DNA of 64,000 nt, from positions 448,001-512,000 of the forward strand of contig JAXHMG010000003.1 in assembly GCA_034521595.1 (NCBI GenBank). Direction: 5' to 3'. The position numbers were made by a program, and so were the translations under genes. The notes under the pieces are model-generated. The model was not told where the DNA came from. It saw nothing but the letters and a program-made list of their open reading frames with translations, and did no database searches. This DNA is from Gemmatimonadota bacterium. GTDB lineage: Bacteria > Gemmatimonadota > Gemmatimonadetes > Longimicrobiales > Gaopeijiaceae. Each line of letters starts with the position of its first letter. The stretch's first letter is position 1. Of the stretch, positions 18,448 to 28,279 are shown piece after piece.

Positions 18448-19973
18448 CCGAGGCCGTGGGCCGCTGGGCCAAAGTCATCGACCACACGCGCTGCATCGGC
18501 TGTCACGCGTGCACGACCGCCTGCAAGTCCGAGAACGAGGTTCCGCTCTCGGTCACCCGAACGTATGTGAAATACGTCGATGTGGGGGCGTTTCCCCAGG
18601 CGCGGCGCTCGTTCCAGGTCACGCGCTGTAACCAGTGCGCGGACGCGCCCTGCGTCTCGGCCTGTCCGACCGCGTCCATGCACAAGCGTCCGGACGGCAT
18701 CGTGGACTTCGACAAGTCGATCTGCATCGGGTGCAAGGCGTGCATCGCGGCGTGTCCGTACGACGCGATTTTCATCAACCCCGAGGACAAGTCGGCCGAG
18801 AAGTGCAACTTCTGCGCGCACCGGCTGGACGTGGGGCTCGAACCCGCGTGCGCGGTGGTATGCCCGACGGAAGCCATCCTGGTCGGCGACATGGACGACC
18901 CGCTCTCGGCCGTGAGCCGGATCATCAACCGGGACGCGGTCACGGTGCGTCGTCCGGAGAAGGAGACCCGCCCCAAGCTCTTCTACAAGGGCGCGGATCA
19001 AGCCACCCTCGACCCCTTGGCTGCCCAGCGTCCCGACGGCGGGCTCTTCATGTGGAGCGAACAGGGTAAGGTGCCGCACCAGGTGCCTTCCGGGCATCCC
19101 GGTGACGGGGCCGGTTACGGTCAGGGGGGAGCGAACAGCTCGGCCGCTGCGCTCCTGAGCTATGACGTGACGCACCGGGCCCCGTGGGACTGGCGGGTCA
19201 GCGCGTATACGTTCACGAAATCGATCGCGGCCGGCGCGTACCTGGTGTCGCTGACGCTCGGCTTGCTGGGGCTGCTCCCCTTCACCTCGGCCACGTGGGG
19301 GTGGCATGCACCGCTCGTGGCCGTGGCCGGGCTTCTCCTGACGGGTGCGTTGCTCGTGTGGGACCTCGACCATCCGGAACGGTTCTGGATGGTGCTCACG
19401 CGGCCACAGTGGGGGAGCTGGCTCGCGCGGGGTGGGGCCATCATCACGGCGTACGGAGCGTTGCTCGCGGCGCATCTCGCGGCGACGGTCGTGGGACGTG
19501 CGGATCTTACGCCTCTCTTGGCCTGGGTGGGCGCCCCGCTCGCGGCGATGTCGGCGGTCTACACCGCATACCTCTTCGCCCAGGCCCGCGCCCGTGACCT
19601 CTGGCAGAGCCCCATGCTTCCCGCCCACCTGCTCGTGCAGGCCTTCGCGGCCGGCGCGGCGGTGTTGCTCGTGCTCGGAGCCACGCCCACCGGACCCGTC
19701 GTGGCGCTCTTCCGGATCGCTCTCGGCCTCCACCTCCTGCTCGTCGTGGGCGAGGCGACCATGGGCCATCCGACGGCCCATGCCGCGCTCGCCGCCCGGA
19801 ACATGACGTTCGGGGCCTACGGCCACTTTTTCTGGCTGGCTCTGGCGTTCGGGGTGCTCGGTCTGATCTTCCCGGTCGGCGCCCCGGCGATCGCCGCGCT
19901 CGGAGGCCTCCTGAGCCTCCTGCTCTACGAGCACGCTTTCGTGCAGGCGGGCCAGTCCGTTCCCCTCGCTTGA
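18444..19973 (+). CDS. 4Fe-4S electron-transfer subunit fused to a NrfD/PsrC-type membrane anchor
   Basis: CIGCHACTTAC, CNQCADAPCVSACP, CIGCKACIAACPY, KCNFC; DLDHPERF and SWLARG NrfD motifs with several TMs. Confidence 0.9.
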   Translation: MTEAVGRWAKVIDHTRCIGCHACTTACKSENEVPLSVTRTYVKYVDVGAFPQARRSFQVTRCNQCADAPCVSACPTASMHKRPDGIVDFDKSICIGCKACIAACPYDAIFINPEDKSAEKCNFCAHRLDVGLEPACAVVCPTEAILVGDMDDPLSAVSRIINRDAVTVRRPEKETRPKLFYKGADQATLDPLAAQRPDGGLFMWSEQGKVPHQVPSGHPGDGAGYGQGGANSSAAALLSYDVTHRAPWDWRVSAYTFTKSIAAGAYLVSLTLGLLGLLPFTSATWGWHAPLVAVAGLLLTGALLVWDLDHPERFWMVLTRPQWGSWLARGGAIITAYGALLAAHLAATVVGRADLTPLLAWVGAPLAAMSAVYTAYLFAQARARDLWQSPMLPAHLLVQAFAAGAAVLLVLGATPTGPVVALFRIALGLHLLLVVGEATMGHPTAHAALAARNMTFGAYGHFFWLALAFGVLGLIFPVGAPAIAALGGLLSLLLYEHAFVQAGQSVPLA

Positions 19974-20003
19974 CCTCCGCCATTCATCCGTGAGGACGCA
20001 GCG

Positions 20004-22928
20004 GTGACCCATGATGAGCTGAACCAACGCGTCTCGGCCGCGCGAGCCGAGGTCGAGGCGCGCGGCGAGACCTTCTACCCCGGGGCGAGCCGGGTTCATC
20101 TCGCGTCCTTTCCACCGAAGGAGCGCTGGGACGACTGGGTCGAGCTCGACTCGAAAGCATGGCCGGAGCGCGTCGAGAAGCGATACATGCTCGTGCCGAC
20201 CACCTGCTTCAACTGCGAGTCGGCGTGCGGGCTCCTGGCCTACGTGGACCGGGATACGCTGCAGGTGCGGAAGTTCGAAGGGAACCCGGAGCATCCGGGC
20301 TCGAGGGGGCGGAACTGCGCCAAGGGGCCCGCGACCATAAACCAGATCACCGACCCGGACCGCATCCTCCATCCCCTCAAGCGCGCCGGGCGGCGCGGGG
20401 AAGGGAAGTGGGAGCGCGTGAGCTGGGACGAGGCGCTCGACGACATCGCCGGCCGGATCCGCACGGCCATGAACGAGGATCGACACGACCAGGTGATGTA
20501 CCACGTCGGCCGGCCCGGCGAGGACGGGTACACGACCCGGATGCTCGCGGCCTGGGGGGTGGACGGTCACAACTCGCACACCAACGTCTGCTCGAGTGGG
20601 GCGCGTGCAGGCTACCACTGGTGGATGGGCATGGACCGCCCGAGCCCGGACCACGCGAACGCCGCCGTCATCGTGCTGGTGAGCAGCCACCTCGAGACCG
20701 GCCACTACTTCAACCCTCACGCCCAGCGGATCGTGGAGGGCAAGAAGAACGGTGCCAAGCTGATCGTCCTCGACACGCGCCTCTCGAACACCGCCACGCA
20801 CGCGGATCACTGGCTGTCCCCGTATCCGGGATCGGAGCCGGCGATTTTCCTCGCGGTCGCTTCGTGGATGCTCCAAGAGGGACGATACGACCGCGAGTAC
20901 GTGCGGCGATGGTGGAACTGGGGCGAGTACATGGAGGCGGTGCACGGGGAGCCGGAAGCGTCGTTCGACCGCTTCGAGGAAGTGCTGAAGGGGACGTACG
21001 AGGGCTACACGTTCGAGTTCGCCGCGGCCGAGTCGGGCCTCGATGCCGACGAGCTGCGGGTCGTGGCCGAGACCATCGCGTCGGCGGGCACGCGGCTGGC
21101 CACGCACAACTGGCGGAGCGCGGGGTCGGGCAACCTGGGTGGATGGCAGGTCGCGCGGACCCTCACGTTCCTCAACGCGCTCCTGGGCGCGCTCGCGACC
21201 GAGGGGGGGACGTTCCCGAATTCCTGGAATCGGTTTTCTCCACGGCCGCCACGCCTGCCCCATCAGCATCCGAAGCGCTGGAACGAGGTGCTCTGGCCGC
21301 GCGAGTACCCGCTCTCGCTCATGGAGATGTCCTATCTGATGCCGCATCTGATGCGGGATCAAGATGCGTTCGTGGACGTGTATTTCACTCGGGTCTACAA
21401 CCCCGTGTGGACCAACCCCGACGGCTTCAGTTGGGTGGAGATGCTCTCCGACGCGAAGCGAATCGGACTCCACGTGGCCATGACCCCGACCTGGAACGAG
21501 ACCGCGTACTTCGCGGACTACGTGCTGCCGATGGGACACTCGTCGGAGCGGCACGACATCGTCTCGTACGAGCAATACGACGGTCAGTGGGTGGGCTTCC
21601 GGCAGCCCGTGCTGCGCACGGCCCGCACCCGGATGGGTGAGACGCTCACCGATACCCGGCAGGCGAACCCCGGCGAGGTGTGGGAGGAGAACGAATTCTG
21701 GATCGAGCTCACGTGGCGGATCGACCCCGACGGCTCGCTCGGCATCCGGGAGTTCTTCGAGTCGGTCGAGCGGCCGGGCGAGAAGATGACGGTCGAAGAG
21801 TACTACCGCTGGATCTTCGAGAACTCCGTGCCCGGGCTTCCGGAAGCCGCTGCCGCAGAGGGGATCTCGCCGCTCGAGTACATGCGGCGCTATGGAGCCT
21901 TCGAGGTCGAGCGCAAGGTCGGAAGGGTCCACGAGCGGCCGGTTCCGGACGCGGAGCTCGAGGACGTGCGGGTCGACGAGGACGGTCGCGTGTATAGCCG
22001 GGCTCCCGTGCCTCCCAGCCCGAAAGCGCCGGGTGGTACGAAGATCGATCCCGACGTCGAGGGACGCCGGCGCGTGGGCGTGCGCGTGGATGGTGAGATC
22101 GTCCGCGGTTGGCCGACCCCGAGCGGAAAGCTCGAGTTCTGGTCGCGGACCGTGGCCGAGTGGGGTTGGCCGGAGCTCGCCATTCCGACGTACGTGAAGA
22201 GCCACATCCACCCGGAGAAGCTCGAGTCGGACCAGATGCCCCTCATCTCGACCTTTCGTGTGCCCGTGCAGATCCACACCCGGAGCGCGAACGCCAAGTG
22301 GCTCGACGAGATCGCGCATACCAACCCCCTCTGGATCCATCCTGCGGACGCGGCGCGGGTCGGGGTGGCTCGGACCGGGGATCTGGTACGCGTGGAAGGC
22401 GAGATCGGATACTTCGTGCTCAAGGCCTGGATCACGGAGGGCATCCGACCGGGCGTGGTCGCGTGCAGCCATCACATGGGCCGCTGGAAGCCCGAGGGAC
22501 AGCCCGGGCAGCGCCTGGGCATGATGACCGTCGCCCTCGGCCAGGAGGGCTCGCAGTGGTCGCTTCGGCCCACGGAGCACGGCGGCCCGTTCGAGTCTCC
22601 GGACCCGGACACGATGCGTGTGTGGTGGACCGACGTGGGAGTCCACCAGAATCTCACGCACGCCGTCCACCCGGACCCCGTGTCCGGCATGCACTGCTGG
22701 CATCAGGCCGTGCGGGTCCGTCCCGCGGAGCCGGACGACCAGCCCGGCGACGTCTCCGTCGACGTGGCACGGGCCCGCGCTACCTATCAGGATTGGCTCG
22801 CCATGGCCCGGTCCGCCGACGAGCACTCACCGGACGGGACGCGGCGCCCCTACTGGATGCTGAGACCGGTTCGTCCGGAGCGGGAAGCGTATCGCCTGCC
22901 GGAGCGACGGACTCCGGTCGGTGTCTGA
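20004..22928 (+). CDS. Molybdopterin (bis-MGD) oxidoreductase catalytic subunit, no Tat signal
   Basis: TTCFNCESACG...NCAKG FS0 cluster, RVSWDEAL, HNSHTNVC (Cys ligand), ADYVLP, TPSGKLEF, LWIHPADA. Confidence 0.9.
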   Translation: MTHDELNQRVSAARAEVEARGETFYPGASRVHLASFPPKERWDDWVELDSKAWPERVEKRYMLVPTTCFNCESACGLLAYVDRDTLQVRKFEGNPEHPGSRGRNCAKGPATINQITDPDRILHPLKRAGRRGEGKWERVSWDEALDDIAGRIRTAMNEDRHDQVMYHVGRPGEDGYTTRMLAAWGVDGHNSHTNVCSSGARAGYHWWMGMDRPSPDHANAAVIVLVSSHLETGHYFNPHAQRIVEGKKNGAKLIVLDTRLSNTATHADHWLSPYPGSEPAIFLAVASWMLQEGRYDREYVRRWWNWGEYMEAVHGEPEASFDRFEEVLKGTYEGYTFEFAAAESGLDADELRVVAETIASAGTRLATHNWRSAGSGNLGGWQVARTLTFLNALLGALATEGGTFPNSWNRFSPRPPRLPHQHPKRWNEVLWPREYPLSLMEMSYLMPHLMRDQDAFVDVYFTRVYNPVWTNPDGFSWVEMLSDAKRIGLHVAMTPTWNETAYFADYVLPMGHSSERHDIVSYEQYDGQWVGFRQPVLRTARTRMGETLTDTRQANPGEVWEENEFWIELTWRIDPDGSLGIREFFESVERPGEKMTVEEYYRWIFENSVPGLPEAAAAEGISPLEYMRRYGAFEVERKVGRVHERPVPDAELEDVRVDEDGRVYSRAPVPPSPKAPGGTKIDPDVEGRRRVGVRVDGEIVRGWPTPSGKLEFWSRTVAEWGWPELAIPTYVKSHIHPEKLESDQMPLISTFRVPVQIHTRSANAKWLDEIAHTNPLWIHPADAARVGVARTGDLVRVEGEIGYFVLKAWITEGIRPGVVACSHHMGRWKPEGQPGQRLGMMTVALGQEGSQWSLRPTEHGGPFESPDPDTMRVWWTDVGVHQNLTHAVHPDPVSGMHCWHQAVRVRPAEPDDQPGDVSVDVARARATYQDWLAMARSADEHSPDGTRRPYWMLRPVRPEREAYRLPERRTPVGV

Positions 22929-23889
22929 CCCGGTGACGCCTCCCGAAGCGGGTGAGCTCCTACGGGCCCTCGCCCATCTGGCCGAGCCACCGGGCCCCGC
23001 GCATCCTACGCTCGCCGAAGCGCTGGGGCTGCCGGCGCCGCCGGACGCCGCCACGCACACCGACCTCTTCGGCTTCCAGCTTTACCCGTACGCATCCGTG
23101 TACCTCGGCTCCGAAGGCATGATCGGGGGGGAAGCCGAGGAGCGAATCTCGGGGTTCTGGCGCGCCGTGGGCCGGGAGGTGCCCCCCGAGCCCGACCATC
23201 TGGCGTCGCTCATGGGCCTCTACGCGGCGCTCGGCGAGGAGGAGGCCGAGCTCGCCGCCGAGCCCGGAGCCGAAGCCCGTGTGACCCTGGTGGCTCGGAG
23301 CCGTCGTGCGCTCCTGGAAGAACATCTCGCTCCATGGGTGTTCGCTTTCCTCGAACGGATCGAGGAGTTGGGGGGCACGTTTCACGCGCGCTGGGCCGAG
23401 ATGCTTCGGGGCTGCCTGTTGCACGAGCTCGCTCGGGGCGGAGCGATCGCCTCGCGTCCGGTGCATCTCGAGGTGGCGCCACCCCTGCCGGATCCGCGAG
23501 ACGAGGGCGCGGCACCCTTCATGACCGCGCTGCTCGCCCCTGTCCGCTCCGGAGTCATCCTGACCCGGGCGGATCTGGCACGGATCGCCCGGGCGCTCGA
23601 ACTGGGGCTCAGGGCGGGCGAACGCCGGTATGCGTTGAAGCATCTGATGGGCCAGGCTGCTCCGGACGTGCTGGCCGCCCTCGCGGAGGAGGCGGAGCGG
23701 CAGGCGGACCTTCATGCCGCGAGGAGCGCCCCGATCGGTGCTCCCGCGTCGTTCCTGGAAGCACGAGCGCGCGGGACGGCCGAGCTACTGCGCACCCTCG
23801 CCGGGGCCGCGCGTGCATCGGAGCTCGCGGAGTCCGACGGGACGGCCGGCGAAACAACCCCCGCAACTCTCGAGTCCCGAGGCTCGTAG
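22921..23889 (+). CDS. TorD/DmsD-family molybdoenzyme chaperone
   Basis: PYASVY, EPDHL, EHLAPW motifs; coupled to the catalytic gene. Confidence 0.8.
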   Translation: MSDPVTPPEAGELLRALAHLAEPPGPAHPTLAEALGLPAPPDAATHTDLFGFQLYPYASVYLGSEGMIGGEAEERISGFWRAVGREVPPEPDHLASLMGLYAALGEEEAELAAEPGAEARVTLVARSRRALLEEHLAPWVFAFLERIEELGGTFHARWAEMLRGCLLHELARGGAIASRPVHLEVAPPLPDPRDEGAAPFMTALLAPVRSGVILTRADLARIARALELGLRAGERRYALKHLMGQAAPDVLAALAEEAERQADLHAARSAPIGAPASFLEARARGTAELLRTLAGAARASELAESDGTAGETTPATLESRGS

Positions 23890-23961
23890 GGATGGATGCA
23901 CGACGGACCCCGCGCGCTGGATCCCCGGTGCGAGCGGGGCGCATTCCTCGGGAGGTTTCAC

Positions 23962-24243
23962 ATGTTCGAGCTACTCGCGCTGGCGATCGCCGGCACGGCC
24001 GGCGTCTTCGGTCATCTACAGTCGCGACGCTTCGTGGGGCGGAGGCTCCGCCATACCTGGATCGTGGAGAAGCCCGCGCTCGGCCTGTGGGCCGGAGTGG
24101 GCGCCACGATCATGGCCGCGCCGGTCGTCGCGTTGCTCCCCATCGTCGGTGCGGGCACGGCGCTCGCGCTGGGCGCCGGCGTGGGCACGGGCGTCGCACT
24201 CGGCGTCAAGGATACGCGGCACCCACCGCTCCTCGAGGACTGA
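23962..24243 (+). CDS. Small Gly-rich membrane protein (93 aa)
   Basis: GGAGG RBS; hydrophobic Gly-zipper-like segments flanking a basic SRRFVGRRLR patch. Confidence 0.65.
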   Translation: MFELLALAIAGTAGVFGHLQSRRFVGRRLRHTWIVEKPALGLWAGVGATIMAAPVVALLPIVGAGTALALGAGVGTGVALGVKDTRHPPLLED

Positions 24244-24349
24244 GTCCCCGTTGCGACCGTCGAGCCCGCAGGCACCGTCCAGGGCGGGGCCTGGCCGACG
24301 CGATCCTTCGGGCGGCTCACCCTCGAAGCAGACGTGAGCGAATCCTCGC

Positions 24350-25270
24350 ATGAGCGATCCGGTGCGTATCTCCGGGTTCTCGTTCGTGCGCAACGCGGTC
24401 TCCCTCGATTACCCGCTCGAGGAGTCGCTGCGCTCCATCCTGCCGGTGGTGGACGAGCTCGTGGTGGCGGTGGCGCGCTCGTCGGGGGAGCGCGACGACG
24501 GGACCCGAGCCGTGGTCGAAGGGCTCGACGACGGGAGGGTCCGTATCGTGGACGCGGTCTGGGACGATACGCGCCGACAGGAGATCTACGCCGATCTCAC
24601 CAACGCGGCGCTCGAACGGTGCACCGGTGATTGGTGCCTCTACATCCAGGCCGACGAGGTCGTCCATGAAGACGACCTCCCGCGCATCCGGGCCCGTGCG
24701 GAAGCGCTGCAGGCCGACCGCCGGGTCGAAGGGCTCCTCTTCGACTACCTGCACTTCTTCGGCGACTACGATCACCTGCAAACCGGCCACGGATGGTATC
24801 AGCGCGAGATCCGCATGATCCGCAACGGTGTCGGCATCCGCTCCGTCCGGGACGCTCAATCGTTCCGCTATCCCGATCAGACTCGGCTTACCGTCGCCCA
24901 TTCCGGCGCGCGCATCTTCCACTACGGTTGGGTGCGCCACCCCGCTCGCATGCAGGCCAAGGTCCGGGAGTTCTGGTCGCACCGTAAGAGCCCCCGAGAG
25001 GTCGAGACGGAGTTCGGTAGGGCGGAGCGGTTCGACTACGGTCCGCTCGGACGGCTCCCCCGGTTCACCGGCACGCACCCGGCCGTGATGCGCGAGCGGA
25101 TCGGGGCCATGGACTGGGCCGACATGCTTCGGGAGGCCGATCCGCCCGGCGTGGAGCGCACGCAGATCCACAAGGACGAGCGGCTCAAGCACCGTGCCTT
25201 GAGCGCGATCTCGCGCTGGACGGGGATCGACTTGAACCACACCAATCACGGGAAGGTGCTGGACGTCTGA
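24350..25270 (+). CDS. Glycosyltransferase family 2
   Basis: SGFSFVRN, DYP..ES, QADE, IFHYGWVR. Confidence 0.85.
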   Translation: MSDPVRISGFSFVRNAVSLDYPLEESLRSILPVVDELVVAVARSSGERDDGTRAVVEGLDDGRVRIVDAVWDDTRRQEIYADLTNAALERCTGDWCLYIQADEVVHEDDLPRIRARAEALQADRRVEGLLFDYLHFFGDYDHLQTGHGWYQREIRMIRNGVGIRSVRDAQSFRYPDQTRLTVAHSGARIFHYGWVRHPARMQAKVREFWSHRKSPREVETEFGRAERFDYGPLGRLPRFTGTHPAVMRERIGAMDWADMLREADPPGVERTQIHKDERLKHRALSAISRWTGIDLNHTNHGKVLDV

Positions 25271-25301
25271 GGTGTGCCGTCCGGTTGGCTGGACTCCTAC
25301 C

Positions 25302-27071
25302 CTACCGCAACTGGATGCGTGGCAGGACCCGCAGGACCCCGATCGCGGCTGCGCCGGCCACCGTGAAGCAGAGGACGGCCGCCCCCGTTTCTCCGTACAG
25401 GGTGTACCCGGTCCCGAAGAGTGCCCCGTAGATGACGATGCACCCGAGGAACCACGCGAGGAACGCCGCCGAGGGACTCCCGGCGTCCTCGTCGGGCTCG
25501 AGTCCCAGACCCGCTCCCCGCCACCCGTTGCCCATGGGGCGGATGCGCTTATGGAACGATCGTAGCGTCTCCTCGTCCGCCGGGGGCGTGAGCAGGGTCA
25601 CGGTGAGCCACCCGACCGTGGTCACCACGACACCGATCACCAGGCGGAGCGACGGATCGATCGCCCCGAAGCCCAGAGCTTCGTGGACGAACTGGAAGTA
25701 CACCGCCACGAGGAACGACACCACCATGGCGGCCACCTCGCTCCACGCGTTGATGCGCCACCAGAACCAACGGAGCAGAAAGACGAGTCCCGTGCCGGCA
25801 CCGATTTGGAGCAGGATCTGAAACGCCTGGAGCGCGTTCTCCAGCCAGAGCCCGACGGCGCTCGCCAACACGATCAGCCCGACGGTCGTGATCCTCCCGA
25901 TGCGCACGTAGTGCCGCTCGTCCCGTCCGGGCCTCAGGAAACGGCGATAGACGTCGTCCACGATGTACGACGCGCCCCAGTTCAGGTGGGTGCTGATGGT
26001 GGACATGTACGCCGCGGCGAGCGAAGCCACGACCAGCCCCAGGAGGCCGGAGGGCAGGAAGATCAGCATCGCCGGATAGGCGAGATCGTTTTGCACGATG
26101 GACGGATCCACGTGCGGGAAGGCGGCTTGGATGGAGCCCAGGGTGGGATAGACGATCAGTGAGGCGAGGCCCACGACGATCCACGGCCAGGGCCTCAGGC
26201 CGTAGTGCGCCACATTGAACCATAGTGTGGCCTTGAGCGCGTGGGACTCGTCCTTGGCGGCGAGCATGCGCTGCGCGACGTATCCTCCTCCGCCCGGCTC
26301 CGCGCCCGGGTACCAGGTGCTCCACCACTGGACCGCGATCGGCACGATGAAGACCGTCGTCGCCGCGCGCCAATCCGTGAAGTCGGGTAGGAGCGAGAGC
26401 TTCCCGTCGAGGGCGGGGTGGCTGAAGAGCCCGACGAGCCCACCCACCTCGGGCTGGGCCACGGCGAAGTAGGCGGCGGCGATCGAGCCGACCATCGCGA
26501 CGACGAAGAGCAGGAGATCCGTGACGACGACGCCCCAGAGGCCGGAGGTCGCCGAATAGAGGGCCGTGGCCGTCCCGGCGATGAGGACCACCTCGTACTT
26601 GGATGCGCCGAGCAGAACCCCGCCGATCTTGATCGCGGCGAGCGTGACCGTCGCCATGATCATCACGTTGAAGAACACGCCGAGATAGACGGCCCGGAAG
26701 CCTCTCAGGAAGGCCGCCGGCTTCCCCGAATAGCGAAGCTCGTAGAAGCCGAGGTCGGTGAGGACTTCGGAACGGCGCCAGAGCCGAGCGTAGAAGAAGA
26801 CCGTTAGCATGCCGGTGAGCACGAACGCCCACCAGAGCCAGTTCTGGCTCACGCCACCGGTTCGCACCAGGTCGGTGACCAGGTTCGGCGTGTCCGTCGA
26901 GAACGTGGTGGCCACCATGGACGTTCCGAGGAGCCACCACGGCATCGAGCGTCCGCCCAGGAAGAACTCTTCGGTCTCCCGGCCGGCCCTCCGCGCGAAA
27001 TAGAGGCCCGTGCCGACCGCGAGCACCGCGTACACCGCGATGACGATCCAGTCGAGCTCGGTGAGCTGCAT
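25302..27071 (-). CDS. Sodium:solute symporter (SSS family)
   Basis: FFLGGRSMPWW, SMVATTFSTDTP, AQRMLAAK, AAYMSTIST; many TMs. Confidence 0.9.
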   Translation of the reverse strand: MQLTELDWIVIAVYAVLAVGTGLYFARRAGRETEEFFLGGRSMPWWLLGTSMVATTFSTDTPNLVTDLVRTGGVSQNWLWWAFVLTGMLTVFFYARLWRRSEVLTDLGFYELRYSGKPAAFLRGFRAVYLGVFFNVMIMATVTLAAIKIGGVLLGASKYEVVLIAGTATALYSATSGLWGVVVTDLLLFVVAMVGSIAAAYFAVAQPEVGGLVGLFSHPALDGKLSLLPDFTDWRAATTVFIVPIAVQWWSTWYPGAEPGGGGYVAQRMLAAKDESHALKATLWFNVAHYGLRPWPWIVVGLASLIVYPTLGSIQAAFPHVDPSIVQNDLAYPAMLIFLPSGLLGLVVASLAAAYMSTISTHLNWGASYIVDDVYRRFLRPGRDERHYVRIGRITTVGLIVLASAVGLWLENALQAFQILLQIGAGTGLVFLLRWFWWRINAWSEVAAMVVSFLVAVYFQFVHEALGFGAIDPSLRLVIGVVVTTVGWLTVTLLTPPADEETLRSFHKRIRPMGNGWRGAGLGLEPDEDAGSPSAAFLAWFLGCIVIYGALFGTGYTLYGETGAAVLCFTVAGAAAIGVLRVLPRIQLR

Positions 27072-27075
27072 GACC

Positions 27076-27996
27076 TCAGCCGAGCTCCGCGAAGCCTCGG
27101 GAGAGCCGTTCGGGGTATATGCCCTCGGAGATGCGCCCCATGAGGGCACGCTGTGTGCGCTCGAGATCCGTGTTCTTGGTCATGCCGAACCACGGATCGG
27201 GGGCGCTGTACACATGAACCCCGGTCTTGCCCAGCTTGATCTGGTCGCTAATGGCCGTGGAGAGGAAGAACTCGTGCTGGGTATCGCTTCCCCAGTACTC
27301 GAGGAAGCGTTCGAATTGTCGCTGGAGTCGGGGCACGATCTCCGGCAGAAAGCCCCACAGGTTCATGGAGACCGTCTCGTTACCCGACAGCTCGACGGGC
27401 TCGCCGTCGACCGTGACACCCGTGACCCAGCCGTCCCGGCGCCACACTTCACGGACCTCGGTGATCCGCTGTAGTGAGCCTTCCTGGCGTAACACGCACA
27501 CTCCGCGTGCCACCGACCCGGTGGCGGAGAGCGTGTCCTCGAGGCGGTAACCGACGAGGGCGGACTCGGTGGGCGCGGGATCGGAGGTCATGTGCCGTCC
27601 GAGCATTTCGAACGCTCCGGGGCCGTAGAGGTCGTCGGCGTTGCAGACCGCGAAAGGCCCGTCGATGCCTCGAGCCGCCTCGATGACGGCCTGTCCGGTT
27701 CCCCATGGCTTCTTGCGATCCGGGGGGGCGCGGAACCCTTCGGGAACGTCGTGGAGGTCCTGGCAGACGAAGTCCACCGGAAGGTGCTCGCCGATCGTTC
27801 TCGCCACATGGCCGCGTACCGATTCGAGTATCTCGGGCCGGACCACGAAGCGAATCGGGGAGAAGCCCGTGCGCGCCGCGTCGTAGACGTTGTAGTCGAG
27901 GATCGTTTCCCCGTGCGGACCGACCGGGTGGAGCTGCTTGAGGCGGCCGAACCTTCGTGACAGGCCGGCTGCCATGACGATGAGTGGGAAGCTCAC
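27076..27996 (-). CDS. Sugar-phosphate nucleotidyltransferase (NTP_transferase)
   Basis: MAAGLSRRFGRLKQ, KPWGTGQA, NADDLYG, SMNLWGF; GTG start after GGAGG. Confidence 0.85.
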   Translation of the reverse strand: MSFPLIVMAAGLSRRFGRLKQLHPVGPHGETILDYNVYDAARTGFSPIRFVVRPEILESVRGHVARTIGEHLPVDFVCQDLHDVPEGFRAPPDRKKPWGTGQAVIEAARGIDGPFAVCNADDLYGPGAFEMLGRHMTSDPAPTESALVGYRLEDTLSATGSVARGVCVLRQEGSLQRITEVREVWRRDGWVTGVTVDGEPVELSGNETVSMNLWGFLPEIVPRLQRQFERFLEYWGSDTQHEFFLSTAISDQIKLGKTGVHVYSAPDPWFGMTKNTDLERTQRALMGRISEGIYPERLSRGFAELG

Positions 27997-28279
27997 GCGC
28001 GATCCTCCGACATGGCGAGCCGGGGCGGTTGGGTAAGAGAACGTGGATGTGGTCGACGAAGCGACATGGGATCCTGCGAGGATGGCGGTGAGCGTTTCGA
28101 GGGCACCGGTGTAAGCTCCGGTGACCAACATGGTGGCGGTCCGCCTCGGGCGCGAGCGCATCGGGCTCAGCCGACGCGGATTGAAGCGTTTGCTCGGTGC
28201 GACGGATCGTCCCTTCGGGTACCGAAAGTGGTCATCATGCGAGGTGGCCGAAAGTCTGTTTTTTGTTTATGTATCACTA

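Noticed and set aside
18402-22826. 1474-aa minus-strand ORF
   Set aside because: Antisense shadow of well-supported plus-strand genes; no motifs; expected from high-GC codon bias.
28010-28260. Possible riboswitch or attenuator upstream of proB
   Set aside because: Only short GC hairpins and a T-run; no recognisable T-box or riboswitch consensus by eye.
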